Positions 1 to 12,590 of a stretch of DNA of 64,000 bases are shown here, piece by piece; within the stretch, counting starts at the first letter, position 1; the number at the start of each line of letters is the position of its first letter. Where the stretch lies: assembly GCF_006345805.1 (NCBI RefSeq), contig NC_043011.1, positions 52,836,464 through 52,900,463 on the forward strand, given 5' to 3'. The stretch is from Octopus sinensis (taxonomy: Eukaryota). A program made the position numbers and the translations under genes. Under the pieces are notes generated by a model, which did not search any database, was not told where the DNA came from, and was given only the letters and a program-made list of their open reading frames with translations.

Positions 1-1766
1 ATATTAGATTAAAATAAATAAATAGATAGATAAATAAATAAATAAACCTTACACTAAACATCAACACAGCTTCAATCAAAGATTGAATGGGCAGGCAATG
101 AATGTATGAGGGGTGAAGAGGAAGGGATAGTTATATGAAAAATTCATATGAACAAACAACATATATATGATATATATATATAATAAAGTCATAATAATAA
201 ATAAATACATTGATTACGCAAGTTAATTATGAGACAACAAATATTTATCCAAGCAAAACGCTGAAACAGAACATAAAAAAACAACAACTGAAACATGAAG
301 TAAAATATAAAGAAAAAATAGAGAATCTAATTGTATTGTATTTAACAATACAATGATGCTAATTATGATTAAAAAGAAATAAGCAGAGGCAGAAGAAGAA
401 ATATTAATACTATCACGACTTCACTACATTGACTTAACAAGATTTTGCCGTGTTCTTGATTTCATTCTTCCCTTTCTTTTTTCTTTTTTTTTTTTCAACC
501 ATTTATTTATACTTCCATCTCAAAGAGAAAAAATTATGACTGAATACCTTTTGAAGATGGCAAAACAAACATCAGAGCCAATGAGAGAGAGAGCACAGAT
601 GTGATCTCTCAATATACTAGAAGCAGCAGCCAAATCTACTCAAAAACAGACCTCCTACAGTTTTTAGAAAAGAAATAACACTAACAATGCACTATAAGTT
701 ATATTAAGAGGTGGGATGACCAGTGACAATGGCTAGAGAGCTCATGAATACAGGTCTGGTTGATCAGTGAAGACCTTGGGCTAAACAACAACATGGCAGA
801 TATAATGAAGTACTCAAATTTTCCCTTCTCTTTTAATTTTGTTGTTTCTAGATAAACCAGCTCAATGTCATGGAAATACCAAACTCTGTAATGAGAGCTC
901 TTTCAGAAATCTGTAATGATTTATTTTCTGTGATACATTCCAGATAAGCTTGATAAGTTCTTCAAGTCTGTTCTTGAATTAGTTAAATTACTGTTAACAT
1001 GTTTAATGCCGGCAATGTTATTGTCATCATCATAGTCGTTGTGGTCATTTCACATCTCTTACCATGATAGCATGGGTTGGAAGTGCTGTCACAGACTGAG
1101 TGATTTAAGAGGTACTGCTCCTAAAGATTAATGCTTTTAAATGTCATTTGGCTTGATTTCTATAGCTAGCCGTGTTTCCTATCACCAACTCCTTTACAGA
1201 GTGTATAGAGTACAAATTTTCATGATGCTAGAGAGGTTGAATAATAGTTCTCAGTGAAATATAATTAAAGGCACCTCACAACCCTACACTTTCTCTGCTC
1301 ATCTGCCCTGAGTACAAACTGAGTGCATTTTTGTGGTACCAGCCCTAAATAGGTAACCTATCTCATTATTTACCTGTAGAGAAAATATGATGAGTTCCAA
1401 GCTCCCTGTAACACCAGCACAGGAAGACAGGTACCAAGTCTATAGGAGAGCGGGAGCGAAAAAGACAATATTTGCTCAATAACTATTATTTCACTCATAA
1501 CACATTGGCTGATCCAAAGTTACAGTAGAAGACACTTGTCCAGGTTCAAACCTGAAGACTCAGTTGTAGTTGTGAAGCAAACTTTTTAATCACATGTCAA
1601 CACCGGCATCTATAATGAATTAAAAATTAATTAATTAATTAAAAAGAATAATAAACCTTAAAAAAATAAAGACAGGAATTATCCTCCAGAGACTGATTAT
1701 TTTAAAGTTTAATAATAAATTTTGGTGATTCTGAACACAGTAGAAAGTAAAAATGTCTCAACTCAC

Positions 1767-1826
1767 CAACTTCAAAAAGTGCCATAAATTTTGAGTCTCT
1801 AGAGCATCAGCAAAAGCATCATAGTC
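1767..1826 (-). CDS. SH3BGRL: SH3BGR/SH3BGRL-family gene, coding exon equivalent to exon 3 (DYDAFADALETQNLWHFLKL)
   Basis: Minus strand reads ctaatgttatattttcag|GACTATGATGCT...TTGAAGTTG|gtgagt: 60 nt, phase 0/0, with a CTAAT branch-like motif. The peptide matches the family motif DYDAF..A.E...L..FL.L and continues the upstream exon's YCG at the same intron position as human SH3BGRL (YRG|DYDAF). Confidence 0.93.
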
Positions 1827-2218
1827 CTGAAAATATAACATTAGACAAGTTTGAAACAGAAAATTGTCACAGATGTCACTAATATTCATATATAATACAG
1901 AGAGATCAATATTATTCTATTCAATTTTAAGGGTATCATCAAAGACTTCAACTAAGTTATGTATCCAGTAAGTTTATTCTGTGGATCCCATTGAGTTGGG
2001 CGCAGTAAATTCAAAAAAAACTTTTATAATGTTGTCACTGGTTAAACCAGTACTTATTTATAATACTGCTACCACCACTTATTCTAGCACCAGCTCAGCA
2101 GACTGAGTCATTTTCTTAAGGATAAAATGCAGTTGAGGTGACAGAATACAAACACCAACCTGCCAGTTGGTTTTCTGGTACCTTAACCAACTTGATAACT
2201 CAAGCTGGTGATATTTAA

Positions 2219-2444
2219 CTCTTTAGCATTCAGATTATTCTATCAAATGTAATGCTTTTTCATTCACATCATTTTCAAGTAACCATTGGCTTTTCTCATA
2301 GCTTTGAGATTTTGCTGATGTAATTGCATATTTTTAGAATGACTTTGTAGGGTAGGTGTGAGAAGCCAGATCTGTCTGGACTGGACTGAACATAAAACAA
2401 ATAGAATATTTGGGTTGGATATGGCCAATTTAAACGCTAAAGAG
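2219..2444. mobile_element. piggyBac-type MITE (TTAA-flanked), family 1
   Basis: ttaa|ctctttagc...gctaaagag|ttaa; a homologous copy lies at 17904-18120. Confidence 0.7.
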
Positions 2445-2749
2445 TTAAAATCAGACTGAGACCAGACTTTCATCTTCTGCTTCTCTCCTTTCCACCAACT
2501 TTCCTTCTTTTGCTTTTCTAATGAAGGACAAGCATCTGAAACATCAAGACCTTTCCCCCCTTTCCTTTCCAGCATTAGACTGATAACACCTTTGTAAAAT
2601 TTTGTCTCTCATGTTGCACTTTTTCTTGCTTTTTGCTTATCCATCATAAATATATTTGTAAATATAATGATGCTCATGTTGTTTATAAAACTATTCAAAT
2701 GTGAAGCCTTTCACTTTTTGGTTTTGGTTACAGCCATATATCCTTTAAC

Positions 2750-3330
2750 GTGAGTGAGATATATTCTTGAATATATTACTGTGCAACAAAATTTTTATTT
2801 ATATTTTTGTCCTTGGTCAGTAAGTGTTATTTCCTATTTGCTTCTATCTAGAAATCAAAGGAAATGACTGCCATTCCCTTCAAATTTTGCTTTTGTGACC
2901 TGGACATCAATGTTTTGCAAATGACCTACTTTCCATTACTTTTCTGACAGATTCATTGCCGAGTTGTTCAAGCAGAAATATTGTTATAGTAAATATTCTA
3001 TATTTGCTTGTCGGTTGCTTGACATTGACCACTTGAGCATATCCGTTAGTGGTTGACAATATCTGCACCTCTGATCATGAGCAGGAGCAGTGCGGGGAGG
3101 GATCATAGCCATGTGTTGAGAGAGATTCTTTGGGGGCTTGAATAAATGTAACAAAAGCTAAGTTTGGAGGTAATATTAGCCAGTTTTCATACTTTCTAAG
3201 AGGTAAGCAAATAGGAAATAACAGTTGCTACCCAAGGACAAATATCACGTTAGTGTTACTCCCTCTTTACATTTTCCTTTTGGCCATCACATTCATGATT
3301 GAACATGTAATGACCATTGTCACACATTAA
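2750..3330. repeat. Interspersed repeat, unclassified (second copy at ~25365-25870)
   Basis: Shared blocks such as cagtaagtg..tcctatttgcttctat.tagaaatcaaa.gaaatgact and tgagagagattctttg...gaataaatgtaacaaaagc occur at both loci. Boundaries approximate. Confidence 0.7.
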
Positions 3331-3715
3331 TGAACCTCCTCATTATCTGTTATTAAATGATGGCCAGGAAACCTGTAATTTTACATCTTTTTAATAAGTT
3401 CATCTAATCACAAAGATGTTTGCTAAACTATTGCTTTATAAAACAATAGCAATGTTTGATCTCATGACACTGATGATTAATTGGTTCAGATAGTTTGATT
3501 GCAACTCATTAACCTGTAATGAGTAAATATGTGTGTTTGTGTGTGAGAGAGAAAGAATGAGTGAATGGATGGGTAGGTCTGGTTGCATAATGTTTGAGTA
3601 AATACACAAGGAAATGTGGGTAAGAATGGGTGAGAAAGGGAGTGTGTGTGTGTGCTTTTATATGGTCTGTATGATGTGTGTGTATGAACGCAAAGGAGTA
3701 TGGAAATACAAATAA

Positions 3716-6471
3716 ATGTGAGTGAGTGAGTGTGAGTGAGTGAGGAGTGAGTGAGTGAGGAGTGAGTGAGTGAGGAGTGAGTGAGGAGTGCGTGAGTGAG
3801 TGAGGAGTGCGTGAGTGAGTGAGGAGTGAGTGAGTGAGGAGTGAGTGAGTGAGTGAGGAGTGAGTGAGTGAGGAGTGAGTGAGTGAGGAGTGAGTGAGTG
3901 AGGAGTGAGTGAGGAGTGAGGAGTGAGTGAGGAGTGAGGAGTGAGTGAGGAGTGAGTGAGGAGTGAGTGAGTGAGGAGTGAGTGAGTGAGGAGTGAGTGA
4001 GGAGTGAGTGAGGAGTGAGTGAGGAGTGAGAGTGAGTGAGGAGTGAGTGAGTGAGTGAGGAGTGAGTGAGTGAGTGAGGAGTGAGTGAGTGAGTGAGTGA
4101 GGAGTGAGTGAGTGAGTGAGGAGTGAGTGAGGAGTGTGAGTGAGTGAGGAGTGAGTGAGGAGTGAGTGAGGAGTGAGGAGTGAGTGAGGAGTGAGTGAGG
4201 AGTGAGTGAGGAGTGAGGGAGGAGTGAGTGAGGAGTGAGTGAGTGAGGAGTGAGTGAGGAGTGAGTGAGGAGTGAGTGAGTGAGGAGTGAGTGAGGAGTG
4301 AGTGAGTGAGGGAGGAGTGAGTGAGTGAGTGAGTGAGTGAGTGAGGAGTGAGTGAGTGAGTGAGGAGTGAGTGAGTGAGTGAGGAGTGAGTGAGTGAGGA
4401 GTGAGTGAGTGAGTGGAGGAGTGAGTGAGTGAGTGAGTGAGTGAGTGAGTGAGGAGTGAGTGAGTGAGGAGTGAGTGAGGAGTGAGTGAGTGAGGAGTGA
4501 GGAGTGAGTGGAGGAGTGAGTGAGTGAGGAGTGAGTGAGTGAGGAGTGAGTGAGTGAGGAGTGAGTGAGGAGGAGTGAGTGAGTGAGTGAGTGAGAGTGA
4601 GTGAGGAGTGAGTGAGTGAGGAGTGAGGGGAGTGAGTGAGTGAGTGAGTGAGGAGTGAGTGAGGAGTGAGGAGTGAGTGAGTGAGTGAGGAGTGAGTGAG
4701 TGAGGAGTGAGTGAGGAGTGAGTGAGTGAGGAGTGAGGAGTGGAGTGAGTGAGTGAGGAGTGAGTGAGTGAGGAGTGAGTGAGGAGTGAGTGAGTGAGGA
4801 GTGAGTGAGGAGTGAGTGAGTGAGGAGTGAGTGAGGAGGAGTGAGTGGAGTGAGGAGTGAGGGGAGTGAGTGAGTGAGGAGTGAGTGAGTGAGGAGTGAG
4901 GAGTGAGGGGAGTGAGTGAGTGGGAGTGAGTGAGTGAGGAGTGAGTGAGTGAGTGAGTGAGGAGGTGAGTGAGTGAGTGAGTGAGTGAGTGAGTGAGGAG
5001 TGAGTGAGGAGTGAGTGAGTGAGGAGTGAGTGAGGAGTGAGTGAGTGAGGAGTGAGTGAGTGAGGAGTGAGTGAGGAGTGAGTGAGTGGAGGAGTGAGTG
5101 AGGAGTGAGTGAGTGAGGAGTGAGTGAGTTAGGAGTGAGTGAGTGAGGAGTGAGGAGTGAGTGAGAGTGAGTGAGGAGTGAGGAGTGAGGAGTGAGTGAG
5201 TGAGTGAGGAGTGAGTGAGTGAGTGAGTGAGGAGTGAGTGAGTGAGTGAGTGAGGAGTGAGTGAGTGAGGAGTGAGTGAGTGAGGAGTGAGTGAGTGAGG
5301 AGTGAGTGAGTGAGGAGTGAGTGAGTGAGGAGTGAGTGAGTGAGGAGTGAGTGAGTGAGGAGTGAGTGAGTGAGGAGGAGTGAGTGAGTGAGGAGTGAGT
5401 GAGTGAGGAGTGAGTGAGTGAGGAGTGAGTGAGTGAGTGAGTGAGTGAGTGAGGAGTGAGTGAGTGAGGAGTGAGTTGAGTGAGGAGTGAGTGAGTGAGT
5501 GAGGAAGTGAGTGAGTGAGGAGTGAGTGAGTGAGTGAGTGAGGAGTGAGTGAGGAGTTGAGTGAGTGAGTGAGGAGTGAGTGAGGAGTGAGGAGTGAGTG
5601 AGTGAGTGAGGAGTGAGTGAGTGAGTGAGAGAGTGAGTGAGTGAGTGAGGAGTGAGTGAGTGAGTGAGTGAGTGAGGAGTGAGTGAGGAGTGAGTGAGTG
5701 AGTGAGTGAGGAGTGAGTGAGTGAGTGATGAGGAGTGAGTGAGGAGTGAGTGAGGAGTGAGTGAGTGAGGAGTGAGTGAGTGAGTGAGGAGTGAGTGAGT
5801 GAGGAGTGAGTGAGTGAGGAGTGAGTGAGTGAGTGAGTGAGGAGTGAGTGAGGAGTGAGTGAGGAGTGAGTGAGGAGTGAGTGAGGAGGGAGTGAGGAGT
5901 GAGTGAGGTGAGGAGTGAGTGAGGAGTGAGTGAGTGAGGAGTGAGTGAGTGAGGAGGTGAGTGAGTGAGGAGTGAGTGAGTGAGGAGTGAGTGAGGAGTG
6001 AGTGAGGAGTGAGTGAGTGAGGAGTGAGTGAGGAGTGAGTGAGGAGTGAGTGAGTGAGGAGTGAGTGAGTGAGTGAGTGAGGAGTGAGTGAGTGAGTGAG
6101 TGAGTGAGGAGTGAGTGAGTGAGGAGTGAGTGAGTGAGTGAGGAGTGAGTGAGTGAGTGAGTGAGTGAGGAGTGAGTGAGGAGTGAGTGAGTGAGGAGTG
6201 AGTGAGGAGTGAGTGAGTGAGGAGTGAGTAGTGAGGAAGGAGTGAGTAGTGAGTGAGTAGTGAGTGAGTAGTGAGTAAGGAGTGAGTAAGGAGTGAGTAA
6301 GGAGTGAGTAAGGAGTGAGTAAGGAGTGAGGAAAGAGTGAGGAAGAGTGAGGAAAGAGTGAGGAAAGAGTGAGGAAAGAGTGAGGAAAGAGTGAGTGAGT
6401 GAGTGAGTGAGTGAGTGAGTGAGTGAGTGAGTGGAGTGAGTGAGTGGAGTAAGTGAGTGAGTGGAGTAAGT

Positions 6472-6506
<35 letters not shown>

Positions 6507-9407
6507 GAGTATATGAATATGATTCTGAATGTGTGAGTGCAAATAAAAGTAAGAACAAATGAATAATATTGTGTGTATGTGTGTGTGTGTGTGCTTTTAT
6601 ATGGTCTGTATGATGTGTGTGTATGAACGCAAAGGAGTATGGAAATACAAATAAATGTGAGTGAGTGAGTGAGGAGTGAGTGAGTGAGAGTGAGTGAGTG
6701 AGGAGTGAGTGAGGAGTGCGTGAGTGAGTGAGGAGTGCGTGAGTGAGTGAGGAGTGAGTGAGTGAGTGTGAGTGAGTGAGGAGTGAGTGAGTGAGGAGTG
6801 AGTGAGTGAGGAGTGAGTGAGTGAGGAGTGAGTGAGGAGTGAGGAGTGAGTGAGGAGTGAGGAGTGAGTGAGGAGTGAGTGAGGAGTGAGTGAGTGAGGA
6901 GTGAGTGAGTGAGGAGTGAGTGAGGAGTGAGTGAGGAGTGAGTGAGGAGTGAGGAGTGAGTGAGGAGTGAGTGAGTGAGTGAGGAGTGAGTGAGTGAGTG
7001 AGGAGTGAGTGAGTGAGTGAGTGAGGAGTGAGTGAGTGAGTGAGGAGTGAGTGAGGAGTGAGTGAGTGAGGAGTGAGTGAGGAGTGGAGTGAGGAGTGAG
7101 GAGTGAGTGAGGAGTGAGTGAGGAGTGAGTGAGTGAGGAGTGAGTGAGTGAGGAGTGAGTGAGTGAGGAGTGAGTGAGGAGTGAGTGAGGAGTGAGTGAG
7201 TGAGGAGTGAGTGAGGAGTGAGTGAGTGAGGAGGAGTGAGTGAGTGAGTGAGTGAGTGAGTGAGGAGTGAGTGAGTGAGTGAGGAGTGAGTGAGTGAGTG
7301 AGGAGTGAGTGAGTGAGGAGTGAGTGAGTGAGTGAGGAGTGAGTGAGTGGAGGAGTGAGTGAGTGAGTGAGGAGGAGTGAGTGAGGAGTGAGTGAGTAGT
7401 GAGTGAGTGAGGAGTGAGTGAGTGAGGAGTGAGTGAGTGAGGAGTGAGTGAGTGAGGAGTGAGTGAGTGAGGAGTGAGTGAGTGAGGAGTGAGTGAGTGA
7501 GTGAGTGAGGAGTGAGTGAGGAGTGAGTGAGTGAGGAGTGAGTGGGGAGTGAGTGAGTGAGTGAGTGAGGAGTGAGTGAGTGAGTGAGGAGTGAGTGAGT
7601 GAGTGAGGAGTGAGTGAGTGAGGAGTGAGTGAGGAGTGAGTGAGTGAGGAGTGAGTGAGTGAAGTGAGTGAGGAGTGAGGTGAGTGAGTGAGGAGTGAGT
7701 GAGGAGTGAGTGTGAGTGAGGAGTGAGTGAGGAGTGAGTGAGTGAGGAGTGAGTGAGTGAGGAGTGAGGAGTGGTGAGTGAGTGAGGAGTGAGTGAGTGA
7801 GGAGTGAGTGAGTGAGGAGTGAGGAGTGGTGAGTGAGTGAGTGAGTGAGTGAGTGAGGAGTGAGGAGTGAGTGAGGAGTGAGTGAGTGAGTGAGTGGAGT
7901 GAGTGAGTGAGTGAGTGAGTGAGTGAGGAGTGAGTGAGGAGTGAGTGAGTGAGGAGTGAGTGAGGAGTGAGTGAGTGAGGAGTGAGTGAGTGAGGAGTGA
8001 GTGAGGAGTGAGTGAGTGAGGAGTGAGTGAGGAGTGAGTGAGTGAGGAGTGAGTGAGTTAGGAGTGAGTGAGTGAGGAGTGAGGAGTGAGTGAGTGAGTG
8101 AGGAGTGAGGAGTGAGGAGGTGAGTGAGTGAGTGAGTGAGTGAGTGAGTGAGTGAGGAGTGAGTGAGTGAGTGAGTGAGTGAGGAGTGAGTGAGTGAGGA
8201 GTGAGTGAGTGAGGAGTGAGTGAGTGAGGAGTGAGTGAGTGAGGAGTGAGTGAGTGAGGAGTGAGTGAGTGAGGAGTGAGTGAGTGAGGAGTGAGTGAGT
8301 GAGGAGTGAGTGAGTGAGGAGTGAGTGAGTGAGGAGTGAGTGAGTGAGGAGTGAGTGAGTGAGGAGTGAGTGAGTGAGGAGTGAGTGAGTGAGGAGTGAG
8401 TGAGTGAGGAGTGAGTGAGGAGTGAGTGAGTGAGTGAGGAGTGAGTGAGTGAGTGAGGAGTGAGTGAGGAGTGAGTGAGTGAGTGAGGAGTGAGTGAGGA
8501 GTGAGGAGTGAGTGAGTGAGTGAGTGAGGAGTGAGTGAGTGAGGAGTGAGTGAGTGAGTGAGGAGTGAGTGAGTGAGTGAGTGAGTGAGGAGTGAGTGAG
8601 GAGTGAGTGAGTGAGTGAGTGAGGAGTGAGTGAGTGAGTGAGTGAGGAGTGAGTGAGGAGTGAGTGAGGAGTGAGTGAGTGAGGAGTGAGTGAGTGAGTG
8701 AGGAGTGAGTGAGTGAGGAGTGAGTGAGTGAGGAGTGAGTGAGTGAGTGAGTGAGGAGTGAGTGAGGAGTGAGTGAGAGTGAGGAGGAGTGAGTGAGGAG
8801 TGAGTGAGGAGTGAGTGAGTGAGGAGTGAGTGAGGAGTGAGTGAGTGAGGAGTGAGTGAGTGAGGAGTGAGTGAGTGAGGAGTGAGTGAGTGAGGAGTGA
8901 GTGAGGAGTGAGTGAGGAGTGAGTGAGTGAGGAGTGAGTGAGGAGTGAGTGAGGAGTGAGTGAGTGAGGAGTGAGTGAGTGAGTGAGTGAGGAGTGAGTG
9001 AGTGAGTGAGTGAGTGAGGAGTGAGTGAGTGAGGAGTGAGTGAGTGAGTGAGGAGTGAGTGAGTGAGTGAGTGAGTGAGGAGTGAGTGAGGAGTGAGTGA
9101 GTGAGGAGTGAGTGAGGAGTGAGTGAGTGAGGAGTGAGTAGTGAGGAAGGAGTGAGTAGTGAGTGAGTAGTGAGTGAGTAGTGAGTAAGGAGTGAGTAAG
9201 GAGTGAGTAAGGAGTGAGTAAGGAGTGAGTAAGGAGTGAGTAAGGAGTGAGTAAGGAGTGAGGAAAGAGTGAGGAAAGTGTGAGGAAAGAGTGAGGAAAG
9301 AGTGAGGAAAGAGTGAGGAAAGAGTGAGTGAGTGAGTGAGTGAGTGAGTGAGTGAGTGAGTGAGTGGAGTGAGTGAGTGAGTGAGTAAGTGAGTGAGTGG
9401 AGTAAGT

Positions 9408-9416
<9 letters not shown>
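3716..9416 (+). repeat. ~5.7-kb low-complexity GAGT/GAG satellite-like array, present as two ~2.94-kb tandem blocks
   Basis: Continuous mixture of GAGT and GAG units. The unique flanking segments (gcttttatatggtctg...; gattctgaatgtgtgagtgc...) recur with a period of about 2938 bp. Confidence 0.95.
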
Positions 9417-9442
<26 letters not shown>

Positions 9443-10279
9443 AGAGTATATGAATATGATTCTGAATGTGTGAGTGCAAATAAAAGTAAGAACAAATGAA
9501 TAATATTGTGTGTATGTGTGTGTGTGTGGATGTGAATGAGGGTGTGCATGAATGTGAATGAATATGTTTGTTCATGAATTTGAGCAAGTAAATATGTGGT
9601 AAGTTAACCTGGCACAGTTTAAGCTGATCCATAACAATGACACTTCTAAGTTCACCCAGTTTTCTCCACTCTCTAAGCTAAAAGTTGTCTTCCCATTCAT
9701 GAACACACACACACACACATGTTCCCTTCAACTAATGATTAAATTCATCCAGTTATTCTTATATTTTCAATATAGAACTGCCTTAAAAAAGCCACTGGCA
9801 TTACATCTTTTCAAGCAGAATCCTACAGACAGAAGACTGTATCCCTTAAACCAAACATAATCGTAAAGATATGGGGGGGAAAGACATTACAAACCCCATA
9901 TGGACACCTCAAAAACAATCTACTCTTTATCTCAATTATAAGATTATATCTCTTTTGTAAACAGTTTATCGATATTACCATGGCAACAGATGTATTATCA
10001 TTACCATTATTTTCTCCAATTCCAATAAACAGTCTCTTCATCTTGCAGTCTATCAATAGTCTGTATTGGTATTCTCCTTACAAAGATATAGTCTTTAATA
10101 TTTCTTTGAATAGCCACAATATACAGAAGCCAGTAGACTGGCTTCCATAGAATTTAGAATTTAGAACCTTGAATAATTAAAGGAGTATACCATGGTGTGT
10201 TGGAAATATTCTTTTATTGTATCTTCCCCAACCTTGGGTTTTGAGTATAAAAGAAGCTTATCTGTTTTTGGTCTTTCTA

Positions 10280-10640
10280 CCTTTACCTTTTACTTGTTTC
10301 AGTGATTAGATTGTGGCAATGCTGGAGCACCACCTTAAAAAAAAAGTCTTAGTTGAATAAATCAACCTCAGTACTTTTTTAAGCCTGGGATACTTATTCT
10401 GTTCATCTCTTTTCTGCTAAGTTACAGGGATGTAAACACCCTAACACTGATTGTTAAGTGGGGGGGGGGCACAGACACAAAGAAACACAGAGATATACAA
10501 ATATACATACATACATACATACAATGGGCTTCTTTCAGTTTCTATAGAAGACACTTGCCCAAGGTGCCACACAGTGGAACTGACCCCAGAACCATGCAGT
10601 TGGGAAGCAAGCGTCTTACCTCACAACCATGCCTGTACCT
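10280..10640 (-). mobile_element. tRNA-derived SINE family A, decayed copy
   Basis: cttttacttgtttcagt...gctggagcacc...agaagacacttgcccaaggtgcc...gggaagcaagc; matches about 10 other copies in the window. Boundaries approximate. Confidence 0.8.
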
Positions 10641-12169
10641 AAAGATTTCAAACATGTCTTGTTTAAAAAGAGACCTACTTTTAAAATCTTTTTCCATAGA
10701 CATGTAATAGGTCTTAGTACACTCTCTTTGCTGTTTTGGGGTAAACTGTACTGCAGTTTGGATTAAAACAACGGTTATCATCAACAGAAGCTAGCTCTAG
10801 TAAGTAATGATAGCTTACAGTGATATCTGAAAGGTTAAGAAAGAAGACTACACTTAAGTAATGAAAATATAACAGCTGACAGTTTGAGAAAACAAGTGAT
10901 GGTTTGCATTGACAAATAACAGACAAATGAAAATTTGTAACATAGAATGCATCCGTTTGCCTTGAGAGGAGAGACGAGGACAGTGATGCTAGGAATTTTA
11001 TATATTTTATAGATGACTTTTAGTTTAGAGGTAGCATAGCATCCACTTGCAATAACATGGTTTTAAGTTCAATTTCACTTGCTGAGTGAGTGAGTGAGTG
11101 TAAGTGTGTAAGGAATCAGGAAGTAGAAAATATGTATGAAAATCCACAACATCTGTCCATCCATCCATCCACCCACCCAGAAACCAATATCAACACGTAA
11201 AATATACAAACATCAATGTAATGCCTATCATATAACTTGCCAGGTTATGAAACAGCTGTAAACACATGGAATAAACATCTACTTTCCCCACATTACTTCT
11301 TTCATTTGTCATATTATAAAAATATTTTAACTTGAAACCAATGGTAGCCTTAATGCACAAATAAAGAAATTCTATCCACCAATGCGGTGTTGAGCACTCA
11401 TCTCATTGTTCAACATCTACATGTGTGTATGTGTGTGTGTATACATATATATCGATGGATGGATGGGCGAATGGAAGTAGAAATGTACATCTTTAACCTA
11501 CACACAGTAAAAGATGTAAACCCAGAGAAAGCTCATAAATTGGTGTTTTTAAACTAAAATCCTCTATGGTATTCGTTCCATCTCACTTTTATAGAGACTA
11601 TTTTTGACTGCAGTGAACCACAAATTGGCTTGTTGGAAACCTATAATCAAGGATAGACATGATATAAAAGACGAATATATATAAACTATATCTAAAATAA
11701 TTGATAAGAGTGCTCAAACCACACTACTAATGCTACTACTGCTAATGTTATTATTACAGCCCTATTGTGTTGTGCCTGCAAGCAGAGGTGGTGGGGTAGC
11801 ACATAGTTCTGCTTTCCTAAATTTGACTGACAGACAATAAATTCCAGCAGATTGGTTAGTGTTAGCAAGAGATGGGAGTTATGTAGTTCAATGTCTGCCT
11901 TAGACAAGATTACGTTTGTTCTTCCTAATTATATTGTTTACAGATGAATATCCAAATGAATATTAATTAGTCTGTGTGCACATGAATGTGTGTGTACATT
12001 GGCACACATATATGTATGTGAGTATATAATGATGAAAGCATTTATGTATGTGTTTATTTTGTTTACATTCAAAAACAGAGCTTGATGCTCACTTTTGATA
12101 TAAGATAGGATGTGTGTGTGTTTGTGTAGACATTGTATATATGTTGACTTTGTGTGGGTAGGGATAGAG

Positions 12170-12590
12170 TGGGAGTTCAAGGAGAGTGTGTGTAGGGAGA
12201 GAGGGAGTAGGGGAGAGAAAGAAGGGAAGAGTGAGAGGAAAATGGGAGAAAATGGGAGAGAGGGAGAAGGGAAGAGAGGAGAGGAGAGAAATAAGGGGAG
12301 AAAAGGGAGAGTGAGAGAAGGGCGAGTAGGAGAGAAAGGGTGGAAGAGAAGGGTGTGAGAGAGAAGAGGAGTGGGAAAGGAGGAGGGGAGGGGATGAAGG
12401 GAGAAGAGGAGAGGGGGGATAAGGGGAGGAGGAGAGAGGAGAAGGGGGAGAAGAGGAAGAGGGAGAGAGGAGGAGGGGAGAGACAGCAAGAAGAGGGAGA
12501 GAGAGAAGGGGAGAGAGAGAAGAGGGAGAGAGAGAGAAGAGGGAGAGAGAGAGAAGAGGGAGAGAGAGAGAAGAGGGAGAGAGAGAGTGC
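12170..12590 (+). repeat. Purine-rich (GA/GGA) low-complexity tract
   Basis: About 420 nt almost exclusively G/A on the plus strand. Confidence 0.9.

Noticed and set aside
1299-1373. Possible terminal exon after exon 3 (ttttctctacag|VNNEIGYLFRAGTTKMHSVCTQGR*)
   Set aside because: The acceptor is plausible, but the peptide does not resemble SH3BGR tails and nothing else supports it.
3716-9416. Telomeric or interstitial telomeric repeat
   Set aside because: The units are GAGT/GAG, not TTAGGG, and lack the G-runs needed for canonical G-quadruplexes.
3486-9632. 1018-, 1963- and 524-aa Thr/His/Ser/Leu-rich ORFs
   Set aside because: The minus strand of the GAGT/GAG array contains almost no stop codons, and all three frames give the same low-complexity peptide. 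This is a repeat artefact.
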